A stretch of DNA of 64,000 bases from Lytechinus pictus (Eukaryota), in the NCBI RefSeq assembly GCF_037042905.1, contig NC_087250.1:24120001-24184000 (forward strand). The letters run 5' to 3'. Under the pieces are notes generated by a model that was given only the letters and a program-made list of their open reading frames with translations, was not told the DNA's origin and did no database searches. Positions 12,701 to 24,403 of the stretch are shown one piece after another. Positions within the stretch are counted from its first letter, which is position 1. Every line of letters begins with the position of its first letter. The translations under genes were made by a program, and so were the position numbers.

Positions 12701-13651
12701 TTACACGGAATCACGTTTTTGAGCAATATCTGGTCTGACATGCACTTACAAAACGTTGCGTAATTTTAGAATCGCGTACCCGGGCATTGCAAATTTGGTC
12801 TCAAAAGATGCGCAAGACTTGAAAGTAAAAAGTCAGTGAGCGGCGCAGTCAAAAAAATTCATGCAACTGCGTAGTGACAAAATTTGTTGAGGGGGGGTCA
12901 AATTGACCAGTTTAATGACGGTTAATGCATGATACATTTTTAGTGTCAACTCCCATCCCTAAGCTACATTCTTGATTTTAAATTCAGGTAGGTTTGTTTA
13001 CTCCGTAACACATGATGTTAATTTTGATCTGATTTGTAGCATTCAAGCATAATTTACCCATAAAGACCACTGCTACAAAAATTTGTTAAAGTCAAGCTAC
13101 CATAAACACTTTTATGGAATCCCCCTTGTTGGCCCGCCCACCAAAAATTAGTGTAAATATGGATTTTTAATCCATTTTGTTAGATGGTCCATTTCAGGAC
13201 AAAAAATTGCCCATGAAAGAATACATGGTGTACCGTGAAACCACTACACTCTTGTTCGTTGCCATGGAAACCTTTAAAAATTGCCCTATTTTGTTCTCTT
13301 GTCACAAAATTAAGCTTGTCCCATATCTCATGTCTTTTTTTGATCCATCTATAATTTTTTTAGGTTGAAGAGCTAGAAGTTAACAGCCATTCACGTGTTG
13401 CCCGAGTTTTAGAGTCTGGCGAATTCCTGGATGACATTAACCTCCTTTACGACGTACCACGGCGAACTTCATACAGAGGCCGAACCCACGTTGATGTTCT
13501 CTCATTGTCGGTGCACGATTTGAAATCAGTGCTGGAGCAGTATCCGCAGGTCGAAGCACAGATTCGTCGGATTGGAAAAGAGCTTTACGGTGACTACGCC
13601 AACAGTGTCAATGCCCAGGAGATCTTCCCTGCCAAGCAAACTGAAGTCTAA
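659..13651 (+). CDS. CNGK: 3' part (13 coding exons) of a multi-repeat K+-selective cyclic-nucleotide-gated channel, CNGK/TetraKCNG type; 5' end lies upstream of the window
   Basis: Exons 659-792, 1540-1693, 2049-2436, 3025-3254, 3567-3638, 4031-4293, 5254-5384, 7705-7824, 8250-8377, 9803-9885, 11151-11241, 11707-11847 and 13364-13651 all have AG/GT boundaries with compatible phases and splice into one open frame ending TAA at 13649-13651. A CNBD is followed in the same polypeptide by another S1-S6 unit, a TGYGD filter, a C-linker and a second CNBD, the concatenated architecture known for sperm CNGK. The symbol is assigned from architecture, not from a search. Confidence 0.8.
810..967. mobile_element. 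Short palindromic MITE, PIF/Harbinger-like; diverged relative at about 18417-18570
   Basis: GGGCCCGTTTCAC...TGAAACCCGCCC termini, internal inverted repeats, CTG/CAG 3-bp flanks. Confidence 0.55.
1095..1400. mobile_element. Old hairpin-type MITE
   Basis: About 1095-1210 is an imperfect reverse complement of about 1283-1400 (e.g. aggcttttgtcaaaagttggt / accaactttcgacaaaagcct). Confidence 0.6.
1540..1693 (+). CDS. CNGK: Channel exon: CNBD end and C-helix
   Basis: taccag|G...GCA|gtgagt; AENNVDMFVLNKEDLDEVLTHYPSIKDQINKVAEERITAVRKRSEAKVDQA. Confidence 0.9.
2049..2436 (+). CDS. CNGK: Channel exon: Ser/Asn/Pro/Thr-rich inter-repeat linker
   Basis: tttcag|AGC...AAT G|gtaaga; phase 0 in and phase 1 out match the neighbouring exons; lies inside ORF 1977-2483. 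Confidence 0.85.
2527..2655. mobile_element. Short MITE, Harbinger-like
   Basis: GGTCCTGTAACACA...TGTGTTACGGGCCC termini with CTG-type flanks. Confidence 0.5.
3025..3254 (+). CDS. CNGK: Channel exon: linker end and S1
   Basis: taacag|CC...CAG|gtagat; ...NRFVLNPDSPVVRNLARLTCCLAVATSWTIMYQ. Confidence 0.88.
3567..3638 (+). CDS. CNGK: Channel exon: S2
   Basis: ctgcag|GCT...GAG|gtcagt; AFYQVQSMPFLIFSYVCECVFIFE. Confidence 0.85.
4031..4293 (+). CDS. CNGK: Channel exon: S2-S3-S4
   Basis: ctttag|ATC...AA|gtaagt; IYIKFHVSNADEYGALEKDFSKIYKSYLRKWSGFAQDLIPTLPIELFAFLAQGDKHFAVLSFLRFRQVIRLMRVSQFFDRWEQELNI. Confidence 0.92.
4386..4844. mobile_element. PIF/Harbinger-like MITE; counterpart in the duplicate at about 24743-26314 with a nested insertion
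   Basis: TIR GACCCCTGTTACACTGGAT / ATCCGGTGTAACAGA(T/G)GTC, flanks CTA/TTA, internal gtttacac motifs. Confidence 0.65.
5254..5384 (+). CDS. CNGK: Channel exon: S5
   Basis: tttcag|T...ATG G|gtaagt; ILKVRLTKFFVLLLIIIHLFASIWYTIACPLGVCKEGSWATKM. Confidence 0.92.
5535..6171 (+). mobile_element. Non-autonomous Helentron/Helitron2-like element with about 128-bp internal repeats; copy at 26997-27631
   Basis: 5' TGTCTCGCCTGC pairs with subterminal GCAGGCGAGAC, ends CACTTGT, sits in T-rich flanks with no TSD, internal units containing ggtcaaaggtca. Confidence 0.65.
6346..6565. mobile_element. Small TIR element with cctaaccct-like internal repeats; copy at about 27806-28024
   Basis: Imperfect inverted termini ggatccataacattttctcaggcg / tgccagagcaaatgttgtgtcacc. 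Confidence 0.4.
6724..7362 (-). mobile_element. Probable solo LTR (Gypsy-like), 639 bp, only in gene copy 1
   Basis: TGTTA...TAACA termini; 4-bp TSD ATTT (6720-6723 / 7363-7366); empty site at about 28180 in copy 2; minus-strand TATAAATA near 7035 and ATTAAA near 6812. Confidence 0.7.
7705..7824 (+). CDS. CNGK: Channel exon: pore helix and K+ selectivity filter
   Basis: tgacag|GT...CTA A|gtaagt; YCDTIYWAVATLTSTGYGDIHAYSVPEL. Confidence 0.95.
8250..8377 (+). CDS. CNGK: Channel exon: S6 and start of C-linker
   Basis: ttctag|TA...AAG|gtacgt; FASMVMVFGKLLFGWVLGNIASTLANEESGRVSYEERLAAVK. Confidence 0.93.
8595..9453. mobile_element. TTAA-targeting non-autonomous DNA transposon (Kolobok-like); copy at about 29400-30256
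   Basis: TTAA|AGACCCAGACCGG...CCGGTCAGGGTCT|TTAT. Confidence 0.6.
9803..9885 (+). CDS. CNGK: Channel exon: C-linker
   Basis: tcacag|GAC...AA|gtaagt; DQMKDMRLNSKLRNRVISYFDYLWARN. Confidence 0.92.
10247..10852. mobile_element. Kolobok-like MITE (TTAA TSD, AGG termini); copy at about 31049-31651
   Basis: TTAA|AGGACAAGACCACCTCA...TGGGGTGAACTTCACCT|TTAA with long internal inverted repeats. Confidence 0.7.
11151..11241 (+). CDS. CNGK: Channel exon: C-linker
   Basis: gttcag|G...AAG|gtcagt; GIDQSILFRDAPFCLQTDLGLDVAGEHLQK. Confidence 0.92.
11707..11847 (+). CDS. CNGK: Channel exon: first half of last CNBD
   Basis: ttgcag|GTG...GTG|gtatga; VALFREADEAFLRALSLMLKPVLFMPNDLIVRQGDVGDEMYFICRGV. Confidence 0.93.
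12147..12921. mobile_element. piggyBac-like MITE; copy at 34210-34929
   Basis: TTAA|CCCTATCTTAACT start; the copy ends AGTTTAATAAGGG|TTAA; CCC/GGG termini with TTAA TSD. Confidence 0.7.
13364..13651 (+). CDS. CNGK: Terminal channel exon: degenerate CNBD cassette and C-terminus ending QTEV
   Basis: ttttag|GTT...GTC TAA; VEELEVNSHSRVARVLESGEFLDDINLLYDVPRRTSYRGRTHVDVLSLSVHDLKSVLEQYPQVEAQIRRIGKELYGDYANSVNAQEIFPAKQTEV*. Confidence 0.93.
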   Translation, partial: VEELEVNSHSRVARVLESGEFLDDINLLYDVPRRTSYRGRTHVDVLSLSVHDLKSVLEQYPQVEAQIRRIGKELYGDYANSVNAQEIFPAKQTEV

Positions 13652-16600
13652 TTAATGAACAGAAAAGCTATTAGCTCTGCTTCTGAAAGCAGAGCGTCCG
13701 TTTCACCCAAAGTATTAAACGATGGTGACAAGGGATAAACTGTCTACTGGCAGGTGCGAGCGAAAGAGATAATAAGAAAGAAATACTTGCATATTTATAG
13801 CCAATTGTGGCCTAAATACGATGTTTCTTGTAGACATATATTATGCAATTGTGTGCATTGTATGATGGTGTGTATTCCTAATAATTCTGTAGTGAACACA
13901 GTGAATAGATAGATAGATTAGAAAACTGATGATGCATCTCTATACCCGACTGGTGTGAATATGTATGACATATCTATCAAAACAAAGTGCTTGATGACCC
14001 CAAAATTCACATATTCATGAAATACATGTACTTATTTTCCTTGAATTCTAAACTAAAGCAAAACTTGCATACACCTATGCAAAGACAATTGGATGACTGA
14101 GTAACGAGTTGAAATGTATTCAATTACACAGTCATTTTCAAAGCCCACTTTGTGAATGTTTGTGATGCCAAGTATGACATTTTGAGTGAGCTATCAATTT
14201 TACAGTAATATTTTATGACGCATATATTCCTGTAGGTTGCGATAGCGCAGTACTAGAGTTTTCCAACTCAACAATAAGGTGTTCATGTATGTGTATGCAA
14301 TGCATACTTGTGCCAAATGATTCAAGGTTATTCATGACTAGGTTATTTTGTCGCCCAAACTGAGCAAATTTGGCAGCTCGATAAGGTTTGTCTCTTATAT
14401 CTTGTATATGATATAATGATTTGTTCATACACGTATATCACAAATAATTCTAAAGCCATCATGAAATGACTGTGCAAGACTTATTCACATATTATAACAG
14501 GGTCCTTTCTAGTATCTAAAAATATGTAGAAAGAAATCAAAATCTTGAACATGTCGAATCAATGTACATCTTGCAGAAAATTATATGAAAATCTACCATC
14601 TGGTTTCTACCTTCGTCTATTTGCTTTTTTCGCTGATCGTGGCAAAACATGATTTTTAATACGATATTCAACTGACTTTTGTTTTAGGAAATTTCTGTTT
14701 TCCTACATAAACATTTTGTTTGCCATAAATTGATGTTATTTCTTTATAATCACACTTTCTTTTAATCAGAATATTCTGTTTGGTGGATACGGTAATCAAA
14801 TCGTATATCTGGTCCATACATGATACAACTTATGTAAACACTACCTTTGGAATTCATGATTATTATGAATATCCATTAATTGGCTGAATACTTTTATTGT
14901 ATCTTACATGTATTTTAAATGATTTGCTTCAACTTGATTTAACTTAATCTAAATACTCTATTCATTGTTGTTACCATGCATTGCAGCAGAAATTAAATTT
15001 CTTTGAATTCCTTCCTCTAAGTAAAAAAAACACAAAAAAGTCTATCAAATGTATGAATTTAACTTATAAATCTTATCTATAACTTGATGTATTTGAATGC
15101 TTAACTAGAAGATGATTGCGTGTGTATATATATATGAATATTTCAAACCTGTATATAACTTTTTTCATACTGTTTTTTCAGAGTTGTTGCTTTTTAATTT
15201 TGATTTTATCAAGCAGTTTCATGTTCTGTCGTTCTACTTTATTTCAAGCTATGCGTATTGGGTTATGGTGAATGATGAGTATATTAAATTGTATTTTATC
15301 CATTTATTTTCTTCCTCCAAGAACCTCACATCATATGATGTTAATTTCTCTAGAGATCTAAATCGTTAAACGTCAATGATCTTCATTAAATGGACAGTGA
15401 AATAGGTTTAAAAAAATTTGATTCATTTAGACAATTAATGTGTTGAGAAATGTTATTAAATCTACTTTCTTTGGGGCGTGTTTATACTTGTCCAAAGAAA
15501 TTCTGAATTATTTTATCTTCTTGAAATTTAGAGATTAAATTTAGTTTGTGTATTATGCCAGAGAAGATTTGTTATTGATATTGTTACAACAAAAAGTTGC
15601 TTTTGGAGAGGGATCTTCATTAGAAATGCCAGTTAAAGTATTTCATTCTTTCAGTCTGCAAAGGTGTATTTATCTTCCTAAAGTTATATTTCATTAAACT
15701 GCAATTGCTTCTTGTCAATGTATTGTTTTCTCGATTCAAATTGTAATACCAGCAATAATGTTTCATTTTTGTGTGTTCTCATGTTTCAGTTTCTATGTGT
15801 TATTATTGTAATTTCTTCTGCATAATTATGTTTGAACCAGTACTGCTTTACTTGTCATACTTCAAAATTATACATAGGACATACAGTATCATAGATGTAG
15901 ATTTTCTTGCCAACTCCTGGAAATGGGGAACATTATATTCATCATTGTAGATATTTGTCATTTTGAAGAAATATGAATTGTATAAACATGTAGCATCATT
16001 CATTACTATTCCAAATCGCCCGAGGCTGTAGTCTAATACCTCTTGTGAGTATAATCACCACCCCCTCAAACTATATTTCTCCCTTTGTCAATATCACTGA
16101 TATGATTTTATTTCTTTACACACATATTTTTCTTATCACTCTTGAAGCCAAATCGTTGGGCAAAGTTTGATAATAAATATATTAAAGTAAATATTTGAGT
16201 AGACAGCTGAAAAACAATATCCTAGGTCATTTACAGAACTGTCATGCATATAACATACATATGTAGTTGATAGTAAAGATCTAAATGGTCCAAATTTCAC
16301 AGAGGAGTTTTATTTTGAACCATTATTTGGTTTAAAGAATACAAGGACATTAAATAATGTCTATCATACACTTTCTTTCAATCATTGCCTATATGAAGCA
16401 CATGGTCCCTGTAAAAAGTCAATGGGATTTTGAGAATTCTGTATCTAATGGCTCAAGCTAGTGCATTGATAATGAGAGCTTTTCACTCCTGTTTTAGTGT
16501 GTGTATGGAGAGGAATTCATCCTTTGTCAATAATTTGGACCAATTAGTCTTCAGTTACCCAAAATTATATTATACATCTTTTATTTTTTGTGTAATATAT

Positions 16601-19600
16601 TGCTGGAATATTTGGGCCAGAGAAAATTGGTTTTAAGGATTTTTTTTCCTGTACTGTTTCATAAAATATACTCCCTTTTCTACCATTTTATATTTCATTA
16701 GCATTGTACTATTTTTTTAACTGGTACATAATACGTTATCTGCCTTGCGTTGAGAAAACGAATATGGTGTGCACAAGAACATGACAAATATCTCCTAAGA
16801 ATTTTCCCTTCAAAAAAATAATTCAATTCCCTTTTCCTCCTTTTTGTCTTTATTCCTTTGTTTTTCTTCATTTCTCCCTTATAGCTAATTCTAGCCAAGC
16901 CCTTTTTTCACCTTCATGCATAATGTATTCATATATTTCATTCATTCATTTTCATCAGGGTGAGAACTGGGGCTTTTAGTGTATTCATTATCTATTCACA
17001 ATAACTATTATAGAAAAAAGCCAAAAACATCAAGCCAGTGTATTAGTCTATTTCACCAGTTGTTTCCTTTTCTCAAAGTTAGGCAGATACTTCTCAGACA
17101 AAAAATGGTAGTCTTATCATCAAAGACCTTAAAACAGGGTGTTCTTTTCTCTCATTCGTGTGTATAACATATCCTTCCCTCTTCGAATGTGCTTATTCTT
17201 GATATATTTATCTTCTGCTTGTATAATGATCTTGTCTATATCAACTGTCCATAGAGTTTTTACCTTGTATATATTAGTGTATAAAGGAAATCAATTTGTT
17301 AATCATATATCAGTTGTGCTAAGTTGTGGACTTTCAAAGAGAGTAGTTCAAAATAAAGAGATCTTATCTTTAGTGTTGCCAATCTTATATATGCAAGCAT
17401 TTCTGATGGTTTTTCATGTTTAGATGATAATCAAATTTAATATATCGGAACTTACCAGGGACATTATAGTTATCGAAATTGGGCAAGAGAAGCCAAGTCG
17501 CATTTCCTGTAGTAAATGGCAGTATTGATTGCCTGACATGTCTTCTTGCAGGATAAATGGTCAGGAAATCTGGCCCTGTCTTACAAAGAGTAGTGATTGA
17601 TCCAATTGAGTTTAACTATGGAAAGCCAGCGACCCCAACATCTAGAATGCATATACTTATTGCTTTTCTAAGTAGGATGAATTCTTATGCTAGATTAAAT
17701 TTGTATGCATGTGTCTTGCTTCTCAGGCTATGAAGTAGAAATTTATTATGCCAAAGAGACCTAATTATCATCATATAATTATCCCTATTGCTCATGTAGA
17801 GTAACAATTTTGTTTCTTGCAGACATCTATTATGCAGTGAAAATAAGTTTAAGGCAGTAGGCATTAAGACTCTTGCAATTCATGTTATCCTTTATATGTG
17901 TGTATGAAATGACTAGGTGGTTTTATCCCCCCTGATCTAATTTTGGCAAGGCAGCTCAACCTATCTAATGCCCTTGACCTGAAATTGTTTCATAATGCAT
18001 GAATTAAGGAAAAATCTACATAAAGATACTGTATCTTTCCTTTAACTGTACTTTGTAATCAAGATGAAATATACCCAGTTGTATGACTTGACTCATAAGC
18101 ATTAATCTGTGGGAAGCAATTTGAAGTAGTTTATAAATAATATTTCATAAATTACTAAGTAATGACAAAGATCAAATTTCCACATTCATCTGATCTGTGC
18201 TATTTGATCTTCTTCAAGTAGCTTGGTCTCTGTCCTATTGTAGACCATTGATTTATTCAATAAGAAGCCAGTGATAGTTAGGCACACTTACATGTGCATT
18301 GTAACCAAATAAATTTGTCATAAGCTCTCAATACATTTTAATTGTTAAGTATAAAATTGCCTAACTGTAGAGTTAATTTGTATTCTAACATATTGTTGAA
18401 TTTATTGTAATTGATAGGGGCACAGTTTATAAAGTGTTACAATGTTAACTTTCTTATAATGGCAACTACCATGGTAACAGGGCACAACCTCCAATCAAAA
18501 TGAAGGTTTCGATGGAAGTTTCAGTAATGGCAAAGTTAAAATAGTAGTAAGCCTTTATGAAATGGGGCCCAGAATTATATGAAAACCATTTGATATGCTT
18601 CTCTCTTATTAATTCTTGTTCTGTAGTTGGTTGAGGAGTATCTATTTCATGAATCTTTCTCTCTTTTTTTGCCTATTCTTTCGTCATCGGTGATGTAACC
18701 GGGAAATGCTGTTGATATATTCTGTTTTTGCCCAGTACCATTATGGTTTCTCATATTGGACATTGTATTTTCACACTGCAATAAAAGTTTCCAGTGTGTT
18801 TTAAGAATATATAACAATGTTTGTATGGTTTCCCTTTTGTCGTGTAAGGTACAACTAAGGTTTCTTTTTTGTGGTATTATAGTGTGAGAGTTTGGGCCCT
18901 CATCTTTCTGTATTGAATCTTTTTAATCTATTTTTTATTTTATCTATGATTTTTTTTCGGGTCCCTTTTCTCTTCCCTGTTCACCATGTGGGACTATTTA
19001 AAAAAACAGAAGACTTGCTTTAAAATGAACGCAATTTTGATGATAATAATAATACTACTAATAATAACAAAGCTCTCCCTCTTAGTTGAGCTTGAGTTTT
19101 GGAGTTGCGTCTGATAACCATTTTTCCCCAGCAAGGGCCTCCAGTTCTCATAAAAAATTTCTGGTGTATTAATCCATCAACCTTTCTTCTTTATCCTTGT
19201 GCATTACTATTGCTTTTTCTCATTGTTCAGTCGAATTTCAAGTAAAAATAAAAAAAAAAACATAATATACAAATAGCGTATATACATAAGTGCGAACGTC
19301 CGAAAGTTTGTGTGATGTGAAAGACACTAAAGTGACCCCACTATCAATATGGATTGAAGATCACAAGTCATGAGAAAAGAGATTCTCTACTCACAGGATG
19401 AAAAAAAAGGTTACTTGTCATAAGCGGGAATATGAAGAAGATGATCGTTATTCGGAAAGTTGTTTTATTGTTTGTTTTCACGTAATCTGTTCCTTGCAGT
19501 TTATTCTTAGATCATCATTGGTACTTATACAAAGACTTTGAGGATATATGGGAAAGATAATCATCACAAAATAACATGTGAATTAGAACAGCAACAAGGA

Positions 19601-22000
19601 GAAAATTTGTTGCTACATAACAATGGTATTTTTGCCATAATTATAACTAATTATGAAAAAGGTTCAAGCTTTCCTGTCTATTTTGATGTCTTATTCGTAA
19701 CCATAGGGTTCTCGATCATATGAGAGCAGAAAATGACCAGATCCACACTTATTAAAGTGATATTAGGATGTGAGGGTTATAACTAAATGACAGAATGAAG
19801 CTTTTCAACACACACCCCCATGTAGTTTGCTAAGGACTTCGTAATGGCAAAATTAATTTAGTTATCATTGACACACACACCCTTACACACAGACACACAC
19901 ACACAAAAGAGGTCAGTTGCCCGAAGTCATACGTGATATTGAGAGACATTAACCAGATAAATAGGGTAGTTTCTAAATAATGCAATGAGTAATTAGCAGT
20001 ATGAGTTGTTTATTCTTTAATTAAGCATGTTGATTAGTAGGAGAATATCAAAGAGCAAATTTATTTTGAAAATGCATGCTATATTTGAATGGTATATCAA
20101 TACCACAAATAATGAGCAGATCAGATAAATAAGATCCTGAAATCTCTTGTTCTGTTTTAATGACGGTGGTTTTCTTGAAGATGAACAATCTTTCATCCTT
20201 ATCATATCACGTTTTTGAAGATTATAGAATCAAACTACTTGACCGATATCAATTACCTGCTATCATCTCTGAGTGATAGGATATGATGTGTAAATGCCAA
20301 TATTCGATGAACGAGATCTCTACTTTTCTCTTCCTTTTCTTCTGTCCCCCCCCCCTTTTCCTCGCTTTTCTATTTTCTCCATTTACTTCCTTACACCTCC
20401 ATGACTTCCATTTTCATTGGTCTAGTTTCCTTCTTTCTTTTCACTCACCTACCACACATTCTTCTTTTTCTCCACGGAAGATTGCTCTAATCATCACTAA
20501 TTAGAACGATGTGTTTTTATAAGTAATAATAGGAAGAAAAAAAAACATTGAGGGATTTTAATTTTTTCAGATTGTTATTTCTGTATTGATTTCATTATTT
20601 TTTTAGCATAACATATCTATCGCGTTAAATTTCAATTTCGCAAAGTAACACAATCAAGAAGTTACACAAAAAAAAAAACAACAACAAACAAACAGATACG
20701 TGTAAGTGAGCCAGGACTTGCTTGTGTTTGAGGCTCTAAATGTCAATTACAAAATGCAATGAAAATATTAATGTTAAATTACGTTTATTTGTAAAAGCAT
20801 TAGCATGAGATAAAGGTCTACATAATAAAACCTAATTAAAAAAGCACATACACGCACACGCCCTCAATCACTTATTCAATGTTTTTTTTTTTCGTTTAGA
20901 ACAAAATATATAATATACTTTGTATATTATTGCGAAATACAGTCGTGTATCTGTTCATTTTCAAAGCAGTTTCAGGCAATGTGTGAAATATTACAATTAT
21001 GTTGTTTATGATGGGATATGGCATATATTATTTTGTATCATACTTTTATTGAAAATCTGAATTATAGTAAAAGACCCTTGTTGATGTTTGGAATGAAAAA
21101 TAATAAATGCAATGAAAAAAATGAATGCAAAAAAAAAAAAAAATAATAATACAAAGGCTTCATATAACACACGTATACTAGACCTATTGTTCTCTTTCTA
21201 CTATAATCGTCTATTTTGCTTGTATTTCCTTTCTCTTTTCATTTTTTTTTCAATCTTGTTCTCGTTATTACCTGCGCTTTTCCCTCTTCCTTGTTTCCAT
21301 GAAATATTTTTCTGCTTTTTATCATGAATGCCACTCGGCATTCAAGCTTTCACCTTTCACCTCATGCTCATCATAATTTAAATAGTTTTTGTTTTTATAT
21401 TATTCAATTTTTCCCTTTTTTCTTCACAGTATTCTCAATTTAATTTTCCTTCTATCCTTCCCTACAGTTCTTTGCATTTCTCTGATCTTAATATAGCACA
21501 AGAGACAAATAAGCAACACTAATTATCGTAGCATTATTAACATCATGTTGGTAATATCAGATTTTCTGAAATAAACTTTATTTTCTCTTCAACCTATGGT
21601 TGCTTGTCCAGGAAAGATTTCTTTGTTTCTTTCATTTTCATTAACTATATTCTAACCTAAGAGATCATTTCAATGACAAACAAATGAAGTTTAACGAACT
21701 TTTGTCATATTTGTTTAACATAGATGGCGCTAGTCATTCCCAATTTTCAATAGCTTCCAAGCACCCACACAAAAGAGGCCTTTATCTCAACAAAGTCACA
21801 AACAATGAAAAGATAAGATTGTTATGAAATAAATAATTTATATGGCCTCGATTATCTTGAAAATGAATATCTCTCATATACGTATCATATCATTTCTAGA
21901 CTTTGACAAATAAATGAAACCGCACTTGAGCGATATCAATGCTGATAAAGTTGAAAAACACAGTTTCATTATTAAAAGGTTGATGATGTCGCAAAGTAAA

Positions 22001-22500
22001 CACTCTAAAAAAAGGTTTACCCAATATTGGGTAAATGGCATAGGCGGCGGAAGCGGCGGGAGACGGGGGGGGGGGGGGTGGGGGGACCTGTCCACCCAAA
22101 TTTGAGGTGGGGGGCGATTCCCCCTTAATTCTTTGTTGATAACTTTTTTTTTTGCTTGTCAATTTTGTTTCCTGCGTCCCCTCTAAATTCAGATGGACCC
22201 CCCCTAAAATTTTGGTTGATAACCTTTTTTTTCTTTTTTTTCTTTGCTTGTCCAATTTTTTACCTGTGTCCATCCCCCAAAATTTCAGGTGGACCCCCCC
22301 ACCTAAATTTTTTGGCTTCCGCCGCCAATGGTAAATGGAAACACGCATGTTGGTCGGGTAAACAGATACCGAATATTTTGTAAATTTTACGCGATGTTGC
22401 GTTGAGCTAGCCCAATATGGGGTAAAAAAAACCCCAGCAAACATGCATGTTCCCCATGTACCCAATATTGGGTAAAATTTTACTCAGTGTTTTTAGAGTG
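22001..22500. mobile_element. CACTA/EnSpm-like MITE containing a nested hAT-like MITE
   Basis: TIR CACTCTAAAAA / TTTTTAGAGTG; internal tacccaatattgggta palindromes. Confidence 0.65.
22039..22330. mobile_element. hAT-like MITE, 292 bp
   Basis: TIR CATAGGCGGCGGAAGC / GCTTCCGCCGCCAATG; perfect 8-bp TSD GTAAATGG (22031-22038 / 22331-22338). Confidence 0.8.
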
Positions 22501-23239
22501 TAGGGGACCAACTATTGAATATGATTTATTTCTATAAAATTTGTATGATTATAAATTGTCATATATATATGAACAAAACAATTTGGTAAATTGCCAATTC
22601 GTCCACTCACCACATGGCCTACACGTGAATGTGAGATCTTTGAAATGCAATTTTGAAATATTGAAAGAAGTATATATCTTTTAAAAATTGAATGTGACTT
22701 TATTAACAACAACAACAACATAATACAAATTTACACCTAATTCATGACATTGTAAAAATGCAAACACCGAGCATATTAAAACATTATTAACAAAGTACGT
22801 TCTGTACAAAATTTCAATAACAAATTAATAATTCCCTATCATATTAACTGTACATGTATCTATTGTACATTGAACAGTGATTTTTTTTTACAATGGACAC
22901 AAAAAACAATGGAAATAAATTCAAATTAACGAATGTAAATATTGGTAAGATATTGAAATAAATTGCATTATTACCAGTAGACAAAAAAAGGGGAAAACAA
23001 GTGTTGTTAAAAGGAAAACCAACAGTTAGCACGAGTGCTAGTCGAGATTGGTTCTTCAAGATTCTTTAACTGTATTCTGAATCCAAAGTCAAAGTCTAAG
23101 GCTCTGGGTTCACAATATTATAAACGTAAAAAGAAAAAAATATCAGGACTTAATATGATATCATTAAATCTTAATGATTAATCACAACTCAAGAGTTTAA
23201 TTCTTAGATTTCTGCGAAACGATGATCTTGTTGGTTCTT

Positions 23240-24403
23240 CCCTTGTATTTTTGGGTATTTATTCTATAACCTTGCACCAATGAAATTTTTTTTAAAAGTA
23301 CCATGTTTCGTATTACATTTGGGTAATCGTAGCATTAAATGCTCTCTCCGTCTAGTACTATACTTATGGTTCATTGACTTAAAGTAATCCACGAACGAGT
23401 GTGGTAAATGTCCCACTTGAAGGTCGTATACAAAATGTTGAAACTGAATGCTCAAACAACTTATGAACGTCTAACACATGTAAACTTAGTAGTCTGGAGC
23501 TTGTTCGAAATGGGTAAAATGTTATTACACGCATGGCCATTTTTTATATGCCAGTAGTGTGCAGTTTAAATTAGCTTTATAGCAACTTCCCAAGACTACT
23601 ATTTCATACAATATGTGTGGCTGGATAAAGGATTTATACCAGCGTATGAGAATGTGAGTACTAGACACACAGTGTCTCAACTTACACAGTAACCCAATTT
23701 TCCTTCGTATACATTTATGAACTTTTTGAATGTGCTCCTTCCAAATAAAATTTTCATCAATTTGGATTCCTACAAAAGATGCTTCACTGACTCTGCCTAT
23801 AGCTATGTTACTATGTTCACATGATTGTCTTGGTCCCTAAATGATTATATAAATTTTTCTTTAAATTTATTGTCAACTTGTTAACAAAACCTTTATTCAT
23901 ATCTCTTTAATCTCTTCGTCTTTTTATCAAAAGTCTGAAAGATAAGCAAATAATCTGATTTAAAAATGGTAGATCATTTATATACAACAGAAATAACGTG
24001 GGCCCAAGGGACTGAACCTTGAAGAACACCATATGTTATCATTCTCTGCCTAGATATTATTTCCTTGTAGCATAAGACTTGTGATCGATTTGAGAGGTAA
24101 CTGTAAAACCAATTCAATACAATACCACGTGTACCATAATTTTTCAACTTTTCTAAATGATTTCATGATCAGTAGTAACTAATGCTTTCTTAAAATCAAT
24201 AAAAATACAAGGCGTTTGCCTTTATCAATTGATTGCAAAATATTGCATCTACAAGGTTTATCAATGATAATTCAGTAGGCCTACTATATTGTCTGCGAAA
24301 ACCATACTTATGTTTATACAATATTTTGTGAGTTTCCAGAAAATTCATTAGTCGACCATTAATGATTTTCTCAAACACCTTTTTGCAATGACGGGAATAA
24401 CGA
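23240..24403 (-). mobile_element. Degenerate LINE (CR1/L2-group) reverse-transcriptase remnant, cut at the duplication breakpoint
   Basis: Minus-strand motifs VFEKIINGRL...YGFR, VLNWFYSYLSNRSQ, YGVLQGSV.LGP, LIQPHILY and C-terminal HKYSTR...LRLPKCNT, with frameshifts and stops; 3' UTR may reach about 22690. Confidence 0.85.

Noticed and set aside
18800..21900. Possible gene in the spacer between the two copies
   Set aside because: Only AT-rich low-complexity sequence, CA and poly-A/T tracts; no exon-like frame with a recognisable product.
21896..22465. 189-aa ORF, the longest in the track
   Set aside because: Made of homopolymer-rich nested MITE sequence; no domain.
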